Below are positions 1-8,195 of a stretch of DNA of 64,000 nucleotides, piece after piece. Numbering within the stretch: position 1 is the first letter of the stretch; each line of letters begins with the position of its first letter. The DNA is from an uncultured Acidobacteriota bacterium. Its GTDB lineage: Bacteria; Acidobacteriota; Thermoanaerobaculia; Gp7-AA8. The stretch is from NCBI GenBank assembly GCA_963821585.1, contig CAWGEI010000005.1, positions 646,603-710,602 on the forward strand, read 5' to 3'. Both the position numbers and the translations under genes were made by a program. The notes under the pieces are model-generated. The model saw only the letters and a list, made by a program, of their open reading frames with translations. It made no database searches and was not told the DNA's origin.

Positions 1-259
1 GCCGCCAGCGCCCGCTGACGTGGATCCGCTCGTCCGCGAGCAGGCGGTGCGCGATCGACGCGACATACGTCCCGATCGCGCACCGGCCCCCGAACTGCTG
101 CAGTGCCGCGTAGTCGTTCTCGATGAGCGTGAGCTTGACGTTCGCGACGAGGTCGTCCGCGTCGGCAGGCGACAAGCCTCCCCGCCGGGCGGCAAACCGG
201 GCCGCCCGCTCGATGGTCTCGAGATTCGACAGGAACAGCTCTTCAGGACTCAGATACAT
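1..259 (-). CDS. ECF/sigma-70 family sigma factor, N-terminal part (gene runs off the left edge)
   Basis: Absent from the ORF track because it leaves the window. Reverse strand from the ATG at 259 reads MYLSPEELFLSNLETIERAARFAARRGGLSPADADDLVANVKLTLIENDYAALQQFGGRCAIGTYVASIAHRLLADE..., resembling sigma region 2. Strong G/C third-position bias. Confidence 0.45.
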   Translation of the reverse strand, partial: MYLSPEELFLSNLETIERAARFAARRGGLSPADADDLVANVKLTLIENDYAALQQFGGRCAIGTYVASIAHRLLADERIHVSGRWR

Positions 260-310
260 AAGGAGGGATCGCCTGAAACGGAATCCCTACCCGGAAAGCC
301 CTTTTCGCTC

Positions 311-349
311 TTTACCCCGACTTCACGCGCGCTGCCTCTCCTCTTTTCA
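311..349 (+). promoter_or_regulatory. candidate Pho-box-like direct repeats upstream of the porin-pstS-ppx-sixA operon
   Basis: TTTACC (311-316) and TTCACG (322-327) are spaced exactly 11 bp, and TTTTCA (344-349) keeps the phase. TACACT (359-364) is a possible -10. The same motif class occurs upstream of pstS2 (20139) and of an MFS gene (12861). Confidence 0.3.
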
Positions 350-384
350 TGCGGTCCCTACACTCCGCGCAGCAAGGAGAAAGC

Positions 385-1515
385 ATGAAAGTGAAGTTGA
401 TGATCCTCGTCATCGCGCTCGCTGTGTGCGCGCCGGTCTTCGCCGACGACGCGCAGGAAGTCACCGACGAGCCGAAGGCGAAGACGCCGGAGGAAGTCGC
501 GGCGCAGGTGGAGTCGCAGGGAGAGGCGCTCACCGAGACGCGCAACGTCGTCGAGCTCCTGAATCGCCTCAAGATCACCGGCTACGTGCAGGCGCAGTTC
601 GTCGACGACGAGCGCTCGCGCGACGAGCTCGCGGCCGGCGGCACGCGCAACCTCGACCAGTTCTCGATCCGCCGCGGCCGCGTGAAGTTCACCTACCAGG
701 CCACGCCGACGTCGAAGTTCGTCCTGCAGCCGGACATCACCAGCTCCGGCGTCACCCTCAAGGACGGCTACGTCGAGCTCACCGAGCCGTGGACGCCGTG
801 GAAGCACACCCTCACCGCGGGCCAGTTCAACTGGCCGTTCGGCTTCGAGATCATGTACTCGTCGAGCAGCCGCGAAGTGCCGGAACGCTCCCGCATGATG
901 CGCACGCTCTTCCCCGGCGAGCGCGATCGCGGCGTGATGCTCTCCGGTCTCGGCCTGAGCGAGCGCTTCAGCTACCGCGTGGCGATCGTCAACGGCACGG
1001 GCACGAATTCGAGCTCGGACCTCAATCAACAGAAGGACTTTGTCGGACGCCTGGGCTGGACCTTCGGCGCGTTCGACGCCGGCGCGTCCGCGTACAAGGG
1101 CGAAGATCTCGTCGCCACATCGACGAAGGCCACCGGCGTGAACTTCGACAAGGAGCGCCTCGGCGTCGATTTCCAGTGGGCCACGCCGCTGCCGGGACTC
1201 GGCATCCGCGGCGAGTACATCACCGGCAAACAGGCGCCGGCCACGGGCACGACGCGCACGGAATCGCACGACGTCGACGGCTGGTACTTCTACGCCATCC
1301 AGAACCTCGGCACGCGCCACCAGTTCGTCCTGCGTCTCGATGAATACGATCCCGACACCGACGTCGGCGACAACGCCGTCCGCACGATCAACCCCACGTA
1401 CATCTTCCACTGGGACGCGCACAGCAAAGTCATGGCGTCCTACGAGTTGATCGAGAACGAAGCGAACGATCCCGACGACAACGTCTTCACCCTCCGCTAC
1501 CAGTTCGCGTTCTAA
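385..1515 (+). CDS. phosphate-selective porin O/P family outer-membrane protein
   Basis: ATG 385 follows AAGGAGA. Signal peptide MKVKLMILVIALAVCAPVFA. FSIRRGRVKF and GQFNWPFGFE motifs are typical of Porin_O_P. C-terminal ...RYQFAF. Directly upstream of pstS. Confidence 0.7.
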   Translation: MKVKLMILVIALAVCAPVFADDAQEVTDEPKAKTPEEVAAQVESQGEALTETRNVVELLNRLKITGYVQAQFVDDERSRDELAAGGTRNLDQFSIRRGRVKFTYQATPTSKFVLQPDITSSGVTLKDGYVELTEPWTPWKHTLTAGQFNWPFGFEIMYSSSSREVPERSRMMRTLFPGERDRGVMLSGLGLSERFSYRVAIVNGTGTNSSSDLNQQKDFVGRLGWTFGAFDAGASAYKGEDLVATSTKATGVNFDKERLGVDFQWATPLPGLGIRGEYITGKQAPATGTTRTESHDVDGWYFYAIQNLGTRHQFVLRLDEYDPDTDVGDNAVRTINPTYIFHWDAHSKVMASYELIENEANDPDDNVFTLRYQFAF

Positions 1516-1526
1516 GGAGCCTATCC

Positions 1527-2339
1527 ATGAAGAAACTTCTGCTGTCCCTCGCAATCGCTCTGCCCCTGTTCGCCGCGAAACCGATCTCGATCAAAGGCTC
1601 CGACACCATGGTCATCATGAACGCGCGGCTGGCCGAGGCGTTCATGAAGGCGAATCCCGACACCCAGATTCAGGTGACCGGCGGCGGCTCGGGCGTCGGC
1701 ATCGCCGCCCTGATCAACGGCACCACCGACATCGCCGCCTCGTCCCGCCCCATCAAGACCAGTGAGACCGACAAGCTGAAGCAGCGCTTCGCGACGACCG
1801 GTTTCGCGGTGCCGATCGCGCGCGACGGTCTGTCGGTCTATCTCAATGAGAAAAACCCGTTGAAGGAGCTGACGCTCGCGCAGATCCGCGGCATCTACAC
1901 CGGCGCGATCACGAACTGGAAGCAGGTCGGCGGCAACGACGCGCAGATCATCCTGTACTCGCGCGAGAACTCGTCGGGCACGTACACCTACTTCAAGGAC
2001 AACGTCCTCATGGGCAAGGATTTCGCGCCGCGCGCGCAGACGCTGCAGGGCACCGCGGCGGTCGTGAACGCGGTGGCGAAGGACGCGAACGGCATCGGCT
2101 ACGGCGGCGCCGCGTACGCGAAAGGGATCAAGTTCGCGGCGGTGAAGAAGGACGACAAGAGCCCGGGCGTGCTGCCGTCGCTGGAGACGGTGCGCTCGGG
2201 GGCATACCCGATCAGCCGCTTTCTCTACCTCTACACGCGCGTGAAGCCGGCTAAGGAGATGAAGGCCTTCCTCGACTGGGCCCTCGGCCCGCAAGGCCAG
2301 GACATCGTCACGAAGGTCGGCTACTTCCCCGTGAAGTAG
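1527..2339 (+). CDS. pstS: phosphate ABC transporter substrate-binding protein PstS
   Basis: AAGGAG RBS and signal peptide. IKGSDTMV, VTGGGSGVGIAALINGTTDIAASSR and YSRENSSGTY motifs. Intact frame. Confidence 0.85.
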   Translation: MKKLLLSLAIALPLFAAKPISIKGSDTMVIMNARLAEAFMKANPDTQIQVTGGGSGVGIAALINGTTDIAASSRPIKTSETDKLKQRFATTGFAVPIARDGLSVYLNEKNPLKELTLAQIRGIYTGAITNWKQVGGNDAQIILYSRENSSGTYTYFKDNVLMGKDFAPRAQTLQGTAAVVNAVAKDANGIGYGGAAYAKGIKFAAVKKDDKSPGVLPSLETVRSGAYPISRFLYLYTRVKPAKEMKAFLDWALGPQGQDIVTKVGYFPVK

Positions 2340-2354
2340 CGATAATCGCGCTCC

Positions 2355-3884
2355 ATGCCGCGCCGCCGCATCGCAGCCATCGACGTCGGAACCAACTCGA
2401 TCCACATGATCATCGTCGAGGAGCAGAAGCACGGCTACCGGGTCATCGACAAAGAGAAGGAGATGGTCCAGCTCGGGCGCGGCAGTCTGGAAGGACGGCC
2501 GCTGACCGCCGACGCCATCGAGCGCGGCGTGGAGGCCATGAAGAAAATGGCCGGCATCGCCGAGCGCTGGCAGGTGACGGAGGTGGTGGCGGTGGCGACG
2601 AGCGCGATCCGCGAGGCGCCGAACCGCCGCCGCTTCCTCACCGCGGTGCAGAAGGCCTCCGGCATCAAGGTGCGCGTGATCTCCGGCGAAGAGGAGGCGG
2701 ACTACATCTACCGCGCCGTGCGCTCGGCGATCGACTTCCACGGTGGCACCGCGCTCGCCGTCGACATCGGCGGCGGCAGCGTGGAGCTGATCGTCGGGAC
2801 GTCGGAGCAGGTCTATCTCACGTCCAGCGAGCCGGTGGGCGCGCTGCGGATGTCGCAGATGTTCACGCTCGACCGCGGGGCGACGCCGGCGATGATCGAC
2901 GAGTGCCGCGCGTACGTGACGAAGCGTCTGAAGAAACCGCTCGCGCGCATCTCCGCCCTCGGCTTCGATTTCTCCGTCGGCACCTCGGGCACGATTGTCG
3001 CCCTGGCCACGCTGGCGTCGAATGGGGACTCCATGTCGTCCGGCCTGAAGTGGCTGTCGCGCAAGCGCCTCCGTGAATTGATCGACCTGCTCACGCCACT
3101 CTCCGCGGCGGACCGCGCGAAACGCTTCGCCATCGACGAGCGCCGCGCCGAAACGATCCTCGGCGGCGCGATCGTGCTCGACGTGGTCATGCGCGGCCTC
3201 AAGCTCCAGCAGATCCGCGCCAGCGACGCCGCCCTGCGCGAGGGGATCGTCGACTCTGTGCTCGACCGCGTCCGCGAGCCGAAGGAGCGCGGCAGCGTGC
3301 GCCGCGCCTCGGTGCTGAGTCTCGTCGAGCGCAGCGATGTGGAGCGCACGCACGCGACGCACGTGGCCCGCCTGGCCCTGCGCATCTTCGACCAGACCCA
3401 GGAGCTGCACCGCTTCCGCACCGGCGAGCGCGAGCTGCTCGAGTACGCCGCGCTGCTGCACGAGGTCGGGATGCACGTGTCGTATCAGAGCCACCACAAG
3501 CACTCGTACTACCTGATCAGCCACGCCGGCCTGCGCGGCTTCACGACCGACCAGGTGGCGGTGATGGCGAACGTCGCGCGCTACTACCGCAAGGCGCCGC
3601 CGAAGGCGGAGGACGAGAACTTCGCGCCGCTCTCGGATTCACAGAAGGACGTGGTCTGCAAGCTCAGCGCGATCCTGCGCGTTGCCGATGCGCTCGACCG
3701 AGGGCGCCGCCGCGCCGTGCGGGACGTGGGCGTCGAAACGCAAGAAGGCACGGTACGTTTCCACGTGCGCCTGCGTGGCGAGGGTGACGTCGAGGTCGCC
3801 GCCGCCACGAAACGCGCGAAATACTTCGGAAAGGTGTTCGAGACCAATGTCGACATCGAAGAAAGCAGCAGCGCCGCCGCCTGA
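2355..3884 (+). CDS. ppx: exopolyphosphatase (Ppx/GppA family) with C-terminal HD-type domain
   Basis: AAIDVGTNSIHMIIVE and DIGGGSVELIV actin-like ATPase motifs. C-terminal LLHEVGMHVSYQSHHKHSYYLI region. Confidence 0.85.
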   Translation: MPRRRIAAIDVGTNSIHMIIVEEQKHGYRVIDKEKEMVQLGRGSLEGRPLTADAIERGVEAMKKMAGIAERWQVTEVVAVATSAIREAPNRRRFLTAVQKASGIKVRVISGEEEADYIYRAVRSAIDFHGGTALAVDIGGGSVELIVGTSEQVYLTSSEPVGALRMSQMFTLDRGATPAMIDECRAYVTKRLKKPLARISALGFDFSVGTSGTIVALATLASNGDSMSSGLKWLSRKRLRELIDLLTPLSAADRAKRFAIDERRAETILGGAIVLDVVMRGLKLQQIRASDAALREGIVDSVLDRVREPKERGSVRRASVLSLVERSDVERTHATHVARLALRIFDQTQELHRFRTGERELLEYAALLHEVGMHVSYQSHHKHSYYLISHAGLRGFTTDQVAVMANVARYYRKAPPKAEDENFAPLSDSQKDVVCKLSAILRVADALDRGRRRAVRDVGVETQEGTVRFHVRLRGEGDVEVAAATKRAKYFGKVFETNVDIEESSSAAA

Positions 3885-4362
3885 ACGGTTCATCGTCCTC
3901 CTCCGCCACGGGATCGCCGAAGATGCGGGACCGGACAAGAAGGACGAAGACCGCGGCCTGACCGCGGAAGGCCACGCGCGGATGAAAGAGATCGCGCGCG
4001 GCCTGGCAAACGCACTCCCGAAAGCGCAAGCCATCTACTCCAGCCCGTTGTTGCGCGCGGTGCAGACAGCGCTGTGGGTGTCGAAGGGCTACCGCTCGCG
4101 CGCGAACGTGAACACGACCGACGCACTCGCGCTGTCCGGGACGCCGAAGCAGTTCCTCGCGCTGGTGAAGTCGATCCAGGAGCGCCGCGCGGTGATCATC
4201 GGCCACGAGCCGGTGTTGACCGCCGGTCTGCACGCCCTCACGGGGGTGGAGGGTGTGGAGTTGAAGAAGGGCGGTTGTTACGGCGTGCGGTTGCGCCCGG
4301 ATGGGACGGCGTCGCTCGAATGGGTGCTCCCGCCGCGGCTTCTCCGCAAACTCGGCGAGTGA
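3847..4362 (+). CDS. sixA: SixA-like phosphohistidine phosphatase
   Basis: Lies within track ORF 3682..4362. The internal ATG 3847 gives ...RFIVLLRHGIAEDAG...LTAEGHARM...SSPLLRAVQTA (RHG catalytic motif). Overlaps the ppx end by 38 nt; the start is uncertain. Confidence 0.65.
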   Translation: MSTSKKAAAPPPERFIVLLRHGIAEDAGPDKKDEDRGLTAEGHARMKEIARGLANALPKAQAIYSSPLLRAVQTALWVSKGYRSRANVNTTDALALSGTPKQFLALVKSIQERRAVIIGHEPVLTAGLHALTGVEGVELKKGGCYGVRLRPDGTASLEWVLPPRLLRKLGE

Positions 4363-4364
4363 TC

Positions 4365-4556
4365 TGTCGCCCGCTACGCGGGCTCCCTCTTTGCGCGCCC
4401 GCCGCGTCTCCCGGCTGAAGCCGGGAGCTATTGTCTATTGCCGCCTACGGCGGCAGTCGCTCTTGCCCGCGTAGCGGGCAGCCAGAAAATAGACCCCGGC
4501 TTCAGCCGGGGGAACCGCGCGCGCCGCGCGAACGAGCCCGCGTAGCGGGCGACAGA
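4365..4556. repeat. A-type ~190-bp nested-palindrome intergenic element, copy A1
   Basis: The termini CTGTCGCCCGCTACGCGGGCTC ... GAGCCCGCGTAGCGGGCGACAG are perfect inverted repeats. Inner pair: CCCGGCTGAAGCCGGG..CTATTGTCT / AGAAAATAGACCCCGGCTTCAGCCGGGG. Central hairpins: GCCGCCTACGGCGGC and GCCCGCGTAGCGGGC. Fills the gap between two convergent stop codons. Confidence 0.9.
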
Positions 4557-4564
4557 GAGTGTGC

Positions 4565-5263
4565 TTACACATACTTCCTCCGCGCCTTTACCGACTCCAT
4601 TCGCCACTCGCCTTCGGCGAACACCGCCGCCGTGAGCGACCCCCCGTACACACATCCCGTGTCCAGCCCGAGGGCGTGCGCGTCCACCTTCGGCTCCCGC
4701 ACCGGCGTGTGCCCGTAGACGACGAACCGCTCCCCCTTCCACTTCTCCGACCACAACACGTCCCCGTTCTTGCGCTTGTCCTTCGGGATCGCTTTCCACT
4801 CCCCGTTCTTCTTCCGGATCCAGCGCAGCTCCACGATCTCGTCCTCCGCGCGCTCCACCTCCGCGGCCGTCACGCACATGTGCGGCAGAAACCCGCCGTG
4901 CACCGCGGTGATGGCGACCGAGGGGAAGTCGAGAACGACCGGCCACGACGCGATGTACCGCAGCAGATCGCCGCGCCGCAGCACGCGATCGCGCGCGAAG
5001 AAACGCAGCAGCGGATTTGCGCGCTGCAGCACCTTCACCTCGTTGTTCCCCTTCACCGCGAGGAACCCGCGCTCGCGCCACAGATCGAGACAGCGGTCCG
5101 CGGCCGGGCCCTTCGTGACGACGTCGCCGACTGAAACGATGGTGTCGCGAGGGGAAGGCTCAAGCCGCCCGAGCAGCTCCACCAGCTCCTCATAGCAGCC
5201 GTGGATGTCCCCGACGAAGATCAGCCGTCCCGGAGGCGCGTCTAGCGCGACGTACGAAGCCAC
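4565..5263 (-). CDS. metallophosphoesterase (PPP family, ApaH/PrpE-like)
   Basis: GDIHGCYEEL, GDVVTKG, GNNE and YGHTP motifs appear in the canonical order. Confidence 0.7.
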   Translation of the reverse strand: MASYVALDAPPGRLIFVGDIHGCYEELVELLGRLEPSPRDTIVSVGDVVTKGPAADRCLDLWRERGFLAVKGNNEVKVLQRANPLLRFFARDRVLRRGDLLRYIASWPVVLDFPSVAITAVHGGFLPHMCVTAAEVERAEDEIVELRWIRKKNGEWKAIPKDKRKNGDVLWSEKWKGERFVVYGHTPVREPKVDAHALGLDTGCVYGGSLTAAVFAEGEWRMESVKARRKYV

Positions 5264-6063
5264 GCCTTCCAGTACTTCCGCATTCGCGCCAACCAGGCGT
5301 CCGGCTTCTCCGCGTACACCAGCGCGGCGATCGCCTCCGCCTCCGCCACGAGCTCCGCCTGGCGCTCGTCGATCTTCTTCGCCACCGCGGGGAGCTCACC
5401 GAGAATCCCGCGCAGCACGTGCAGATCGTGATGCTCTCCGAGAGCGTGCGACAGCGTCGACAGCACCTCCGCGTACGGCTTCATCAGCTCCGGCCACACG
5501 GGACGCAGAAGCTGCGCGTGATACCAGTGCTCCTTCACCCGCTTCCGCCACTCGTGCAGGTCCTCCGGCCGCTTCCGTCCCGCGCGATACGCACGCACCA
5601 GCCCGTCCGCGATCGTGTCGAACGAATCTTCGAACACTGGCCACATCCCCAGCCGCCCCTGCGCGACCACCAGCTGATCGACGACATTCGCGATCACCGG
5701 CTCGAGCGGCGGGTGCTCCTTCCTCTGCGCGGCCAGGACCTTCTGCGCGCGCCGCTGCACAGCCCGTGGGAGCGCCAGCTTCTCCAGCGCCTCGGCCATC
5801 GCATCCGCGTCCCGCGCCGCCGCCAGGTCGCGTCCCGCGTCCCGGAACCAGGCATTCTCGTGCGCGAACTGGTCGCCGAGGGGCTTGCGGACGAGGCGGA
5901 TCAGCGCGCGCGTCTCCTTGAACCGCTTCCGCGCCTCGTGGACCCGCTTCTCCGCGGACAGCGACCCATCCACCAGCGTGTCCCGCGCCCGGACGATCTG
6001 CTCGTCCATGATGCGCAGAATGGCCGCGGGTAAAGTTTCTGTGCGCTCGATCGAGTAAGCCAT
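5242..6063 (-). CDS. CHAD domain-containing protein
   Basis: All-helical protein with repeated H..RK..K motifs (VHEARKRFKETRALIRLVR, HEWRKRVKEHWYHAQLL) characteristic of CHAD. Adjacent to ppk1. Confidence 0.7.
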   Translation of the reverse strand: MAYSIERTETLPAAILRIMDEQIVRARDTLVDGSLSAEKRVHEARKRFKETRALIRLVRKPLGDQFAHENAWFRDAGRDLAAARDADAMAEALEKLALPRAVQRRAQKVLAAQRKEHPPLEPVIANVVDQLVVAQGRLGMWPVFEDSFDTIADGLVRAYRAGRKRPEDLHEWRKRVKEHWYHAQLLRPVWPELMKPYAEVLSTLSHALGEHHDLHVLRGILGELPAVAKKIDERQAELVAEAEAIAALVYAEKPDAWLARMRKYWKAWLRTSR

Positions 6064-6086
6064 GGCCCGGCGTACGATAGCGCACG

Positions 6087-8195
6087 GTGCCTGGTGGAAA
6101 AGCGCTGCCCCTGCTGAACCGCGAGCTCAGCCGGCTCGACTACAACAGCCGTGTGCTCGAAAAGGCCCGCGATGCGAGCGTGCCCCTGATCGAGCGCCTG
6201 CGCTTCCTCACGTACTGCTCGCGCAACCTCGACGAATTCTTCATGGTCCGCGTCGGCGCGACCCGCGACCTCCTCGACGCCGGCATCACCGAGCGCTCCC
6301 CCGACGGCCTCCTGCCCTCCGAGCAGATGGCCGCGATGCGCCAGCGCACCCGCGAGCTCCTCGACGCCATGTACGGCTGCCTGATCGGCGAGCTCCTGCC
6401 CGAGCTGCGCAGGGAAGGAATCATCGTCGAGAGCTTCCGCGATCTGGGTGCCGAGGAACAGGCGCAACTGACGAAGCTCTTCATCGAGTCCGTCGCGCCC
6501 GTGCTCACCCCCCTGGCCATCGACCCCGGCCATCCGTTCCCGTTCGTCGCCAACCTCGCCCTCAACATCGCCGTGACCGTGGAGTCCGGACGCGGCGAGC
6601 ACGTCGTCCTGTTCAAGATCCCGCCGTCGCTGTCGCACTTCATCCGCGTCGCCGACCAGCGCTTCGTGCCCATCGGGTCGCTCATCGTCGCCCACCTCGA
6701 GCACTTCTTCCCCGCGCTCAAAGTCCGCGGCGCGGTGCTCTTCCGCGCCATCCGCAATTCCGAGCTGAGCATCGACCGCGACGAAGTCGAAGACCTGCGC
6801 GACTCCGTCGAGGCCGAGCTGCGGCGGCGCGAGCGGAAACAGGTCGTCTGCCTGGAGATCGACCGGCGCGCGGACGACGACATCGTGCGTCTCCTCACGG
6901 AAGGTACCCGGGCCCGCGCGGAGGACGTCTACCGCGTGCCCGGCTTTCTCAAGATCAACGACCTCGCCGCCGTCGCGGACGCCGTCGAGACGCACGGCTA
7001 TCCCGAGTTCAATCCCCGCCTTCCGCAGCGCCTCGCGTCCACGGCCGACATCTTCTCCATCGTCCGCGAGCGCGACGTCCTCCTGCACCGCCCGTACGAC
7101 TCCTTCACCGCCATCATCGAGCTGCTGCACGCGTCGGCCACCGATCCCGCGGTCGTCGCCATCAAGCAGACCGTCTACCAGACCGACGAGGAGTCGCCCG
7201 TCATCGACAAGCTCGTCCTCGCGGCGCTGAACGGCAAGCAGGTCACGGTCGTCATCGAGCTGCAGGCGCGCTTCGAGGAGAAGCGCAACATCGCCATGGC
7301 CGCGCGGCTGCAGGAGGCGGGCGCGCAGGTCGTCTACGGCCTGGTCGGGATTCAGGCGCACGCGAAGGTGTGCGTCGTCGTCCGCAGCGAAGACGACGCC
7401 CTGCGGCACTACGTCCACCTCTCGACCGGCAACTACAACGTCGACACCGCGCGCGCGTACTCGGACCTCGACCTCCTCACCGCGCACGAGGAGCTGGGTC
7501 GCGACGCGTCGCAGCTCATCAACATGCTCACCGGCTTCAGCGCCGCCAGCCTTGCCAGCGGCAAGCCGCAGTGGAAGCACTTCCTCGTCGCGCCGTTCGA
7601 CCTGCAGCGCGCGCTCATCGCCAAGATCGAGCGCGAGGCGAAGCACGCCAAAGACGGGAAGCCCGCGCGCATCGCCGGGAAGGTGAACTCGCTCGTCGAT
7701 CCAACCGTCATCGACGCCCTGTACCGCGCCGCCGACGCCGGCGTGCAGATCGACCTCGTCGTCCGCGCCATCTGCTCGCTCGTCCCCGGCGGGAACATCC
7801 GGGTAATGTCCGTCGTCGACCGCTACCTCGAGCACTCGCGCATCGTCCGCTTCGAGAACGGCGGCGCGCCCGAGGTCTATCTCTCCAGCGGCGACTGGAT
7901 GCCGCGCAACTTCACCCGGCGCGTCGAGGTGATGTTTCCTCTGCTCGACGCCACCGCCCGCGAGCACGCCGAACAGATCCTCGACCTCACCCTCCAGGAC
8001 GGCGCCTCCTCCTGGGACCTCCAGCCCGACGGCACCTGGAAGCGCCGCAGCGGCGGCCTCTCCAGCCAGCAGCGCTTCATCGACATCACCCGCGCCGAGG
8101 CTGTTTCACTGGGCGACTATGACGAGTCGATCGAGCAGGCTTCGAAGATTCGCCGGAAGGCGAAGCGGAAGAAGACGCCCGCGCGATCTCGATGA
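6087..8195 (+). CDS. ppk1: polyphosphate kinase 1 (copy a)
   Basis: 702 aa. LLNRELSRLDYNSRVLE N-terminus, RNLDEFFMVRV, and two PLD-like HxK regions (IQAHAKVCVV, LEHSRIV). Confidence 0.9.
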   Translation: MPGGKALPLLNRELSRLDYNSRVLEKARDASVPLIERLRFLTYCSRNLDEFFMVRVGATRDLLDAGITERSPDGLLPSEQMAAMRQRTRELLDAMYGCLIGELLPELRREGIIVESFRDLGAEEQAQLTKLFIESVAPVLTPLAIDPGHPFPFVANLALNIAVTVESGRGEHVVLFKIPPSLSHFIRVADQRFVPIGSLIVAHLEHFFPALKVRGAVLFRAIRNSELSIDRDEVEDLRDSVEAELRRRERKQVVCLEIDRRADDDIVRLLTEGTRARAEDVYRVPGFLKINDLAAVADAVETHGYPEFNPRLPQRLASTADIFSIVRERDVLLHRPYDSFTAIIELLHASATDPAVVAIKQTVYQTDEESPVIDKLVLAALNGKQVTVVIELQARFEEKRNIAMAARLQEAGAQVVYGLVGIQAHAKVCVVVRSEDDALRHYVHLSTGNYNVDTARAYSDLDLLTAHEELGRDASQLINMLTGFSAASLASGKPQWKHFLVAPFDLQRALIAKIEREAKHAKDGKPARIAGKVNSLVDPTVIDALYRAADAGVQIDLVVRAICSLVPGGNIRVMSVVDRYLEHSRIVRFENGGAPEVYLSSGDWMPRNFTRRVEVMFPLLDATAREHAEQILDLTLQDGASSWDLQPDGTWKRRSGGLSSQQRFIDITRAEAVSLGDYDESIEQASKIRRKAKRKKTPARSR

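Noticed and set aside
4431-4718. Recurrent peptides in track ORFs (…ARYAGS…, …PAEAGVY…, …SPRSGRQ…, …PPTAA…) suggesting a conserved small-protein family.
   Set aside because: These peptides are translations of the A repeat in different frames and strands. The ORFs have no consistent start or frame, and the repeats show structure-preserving rather than codon-preserving variation.
8086-8195. The convergent ppk1 pair as an assembly artefact (inverted duplication).
   Set aside because: The two proteins differ at about half of their residues along their whole length, so they are genuine paralogues rather than a mis-joined palindrome.
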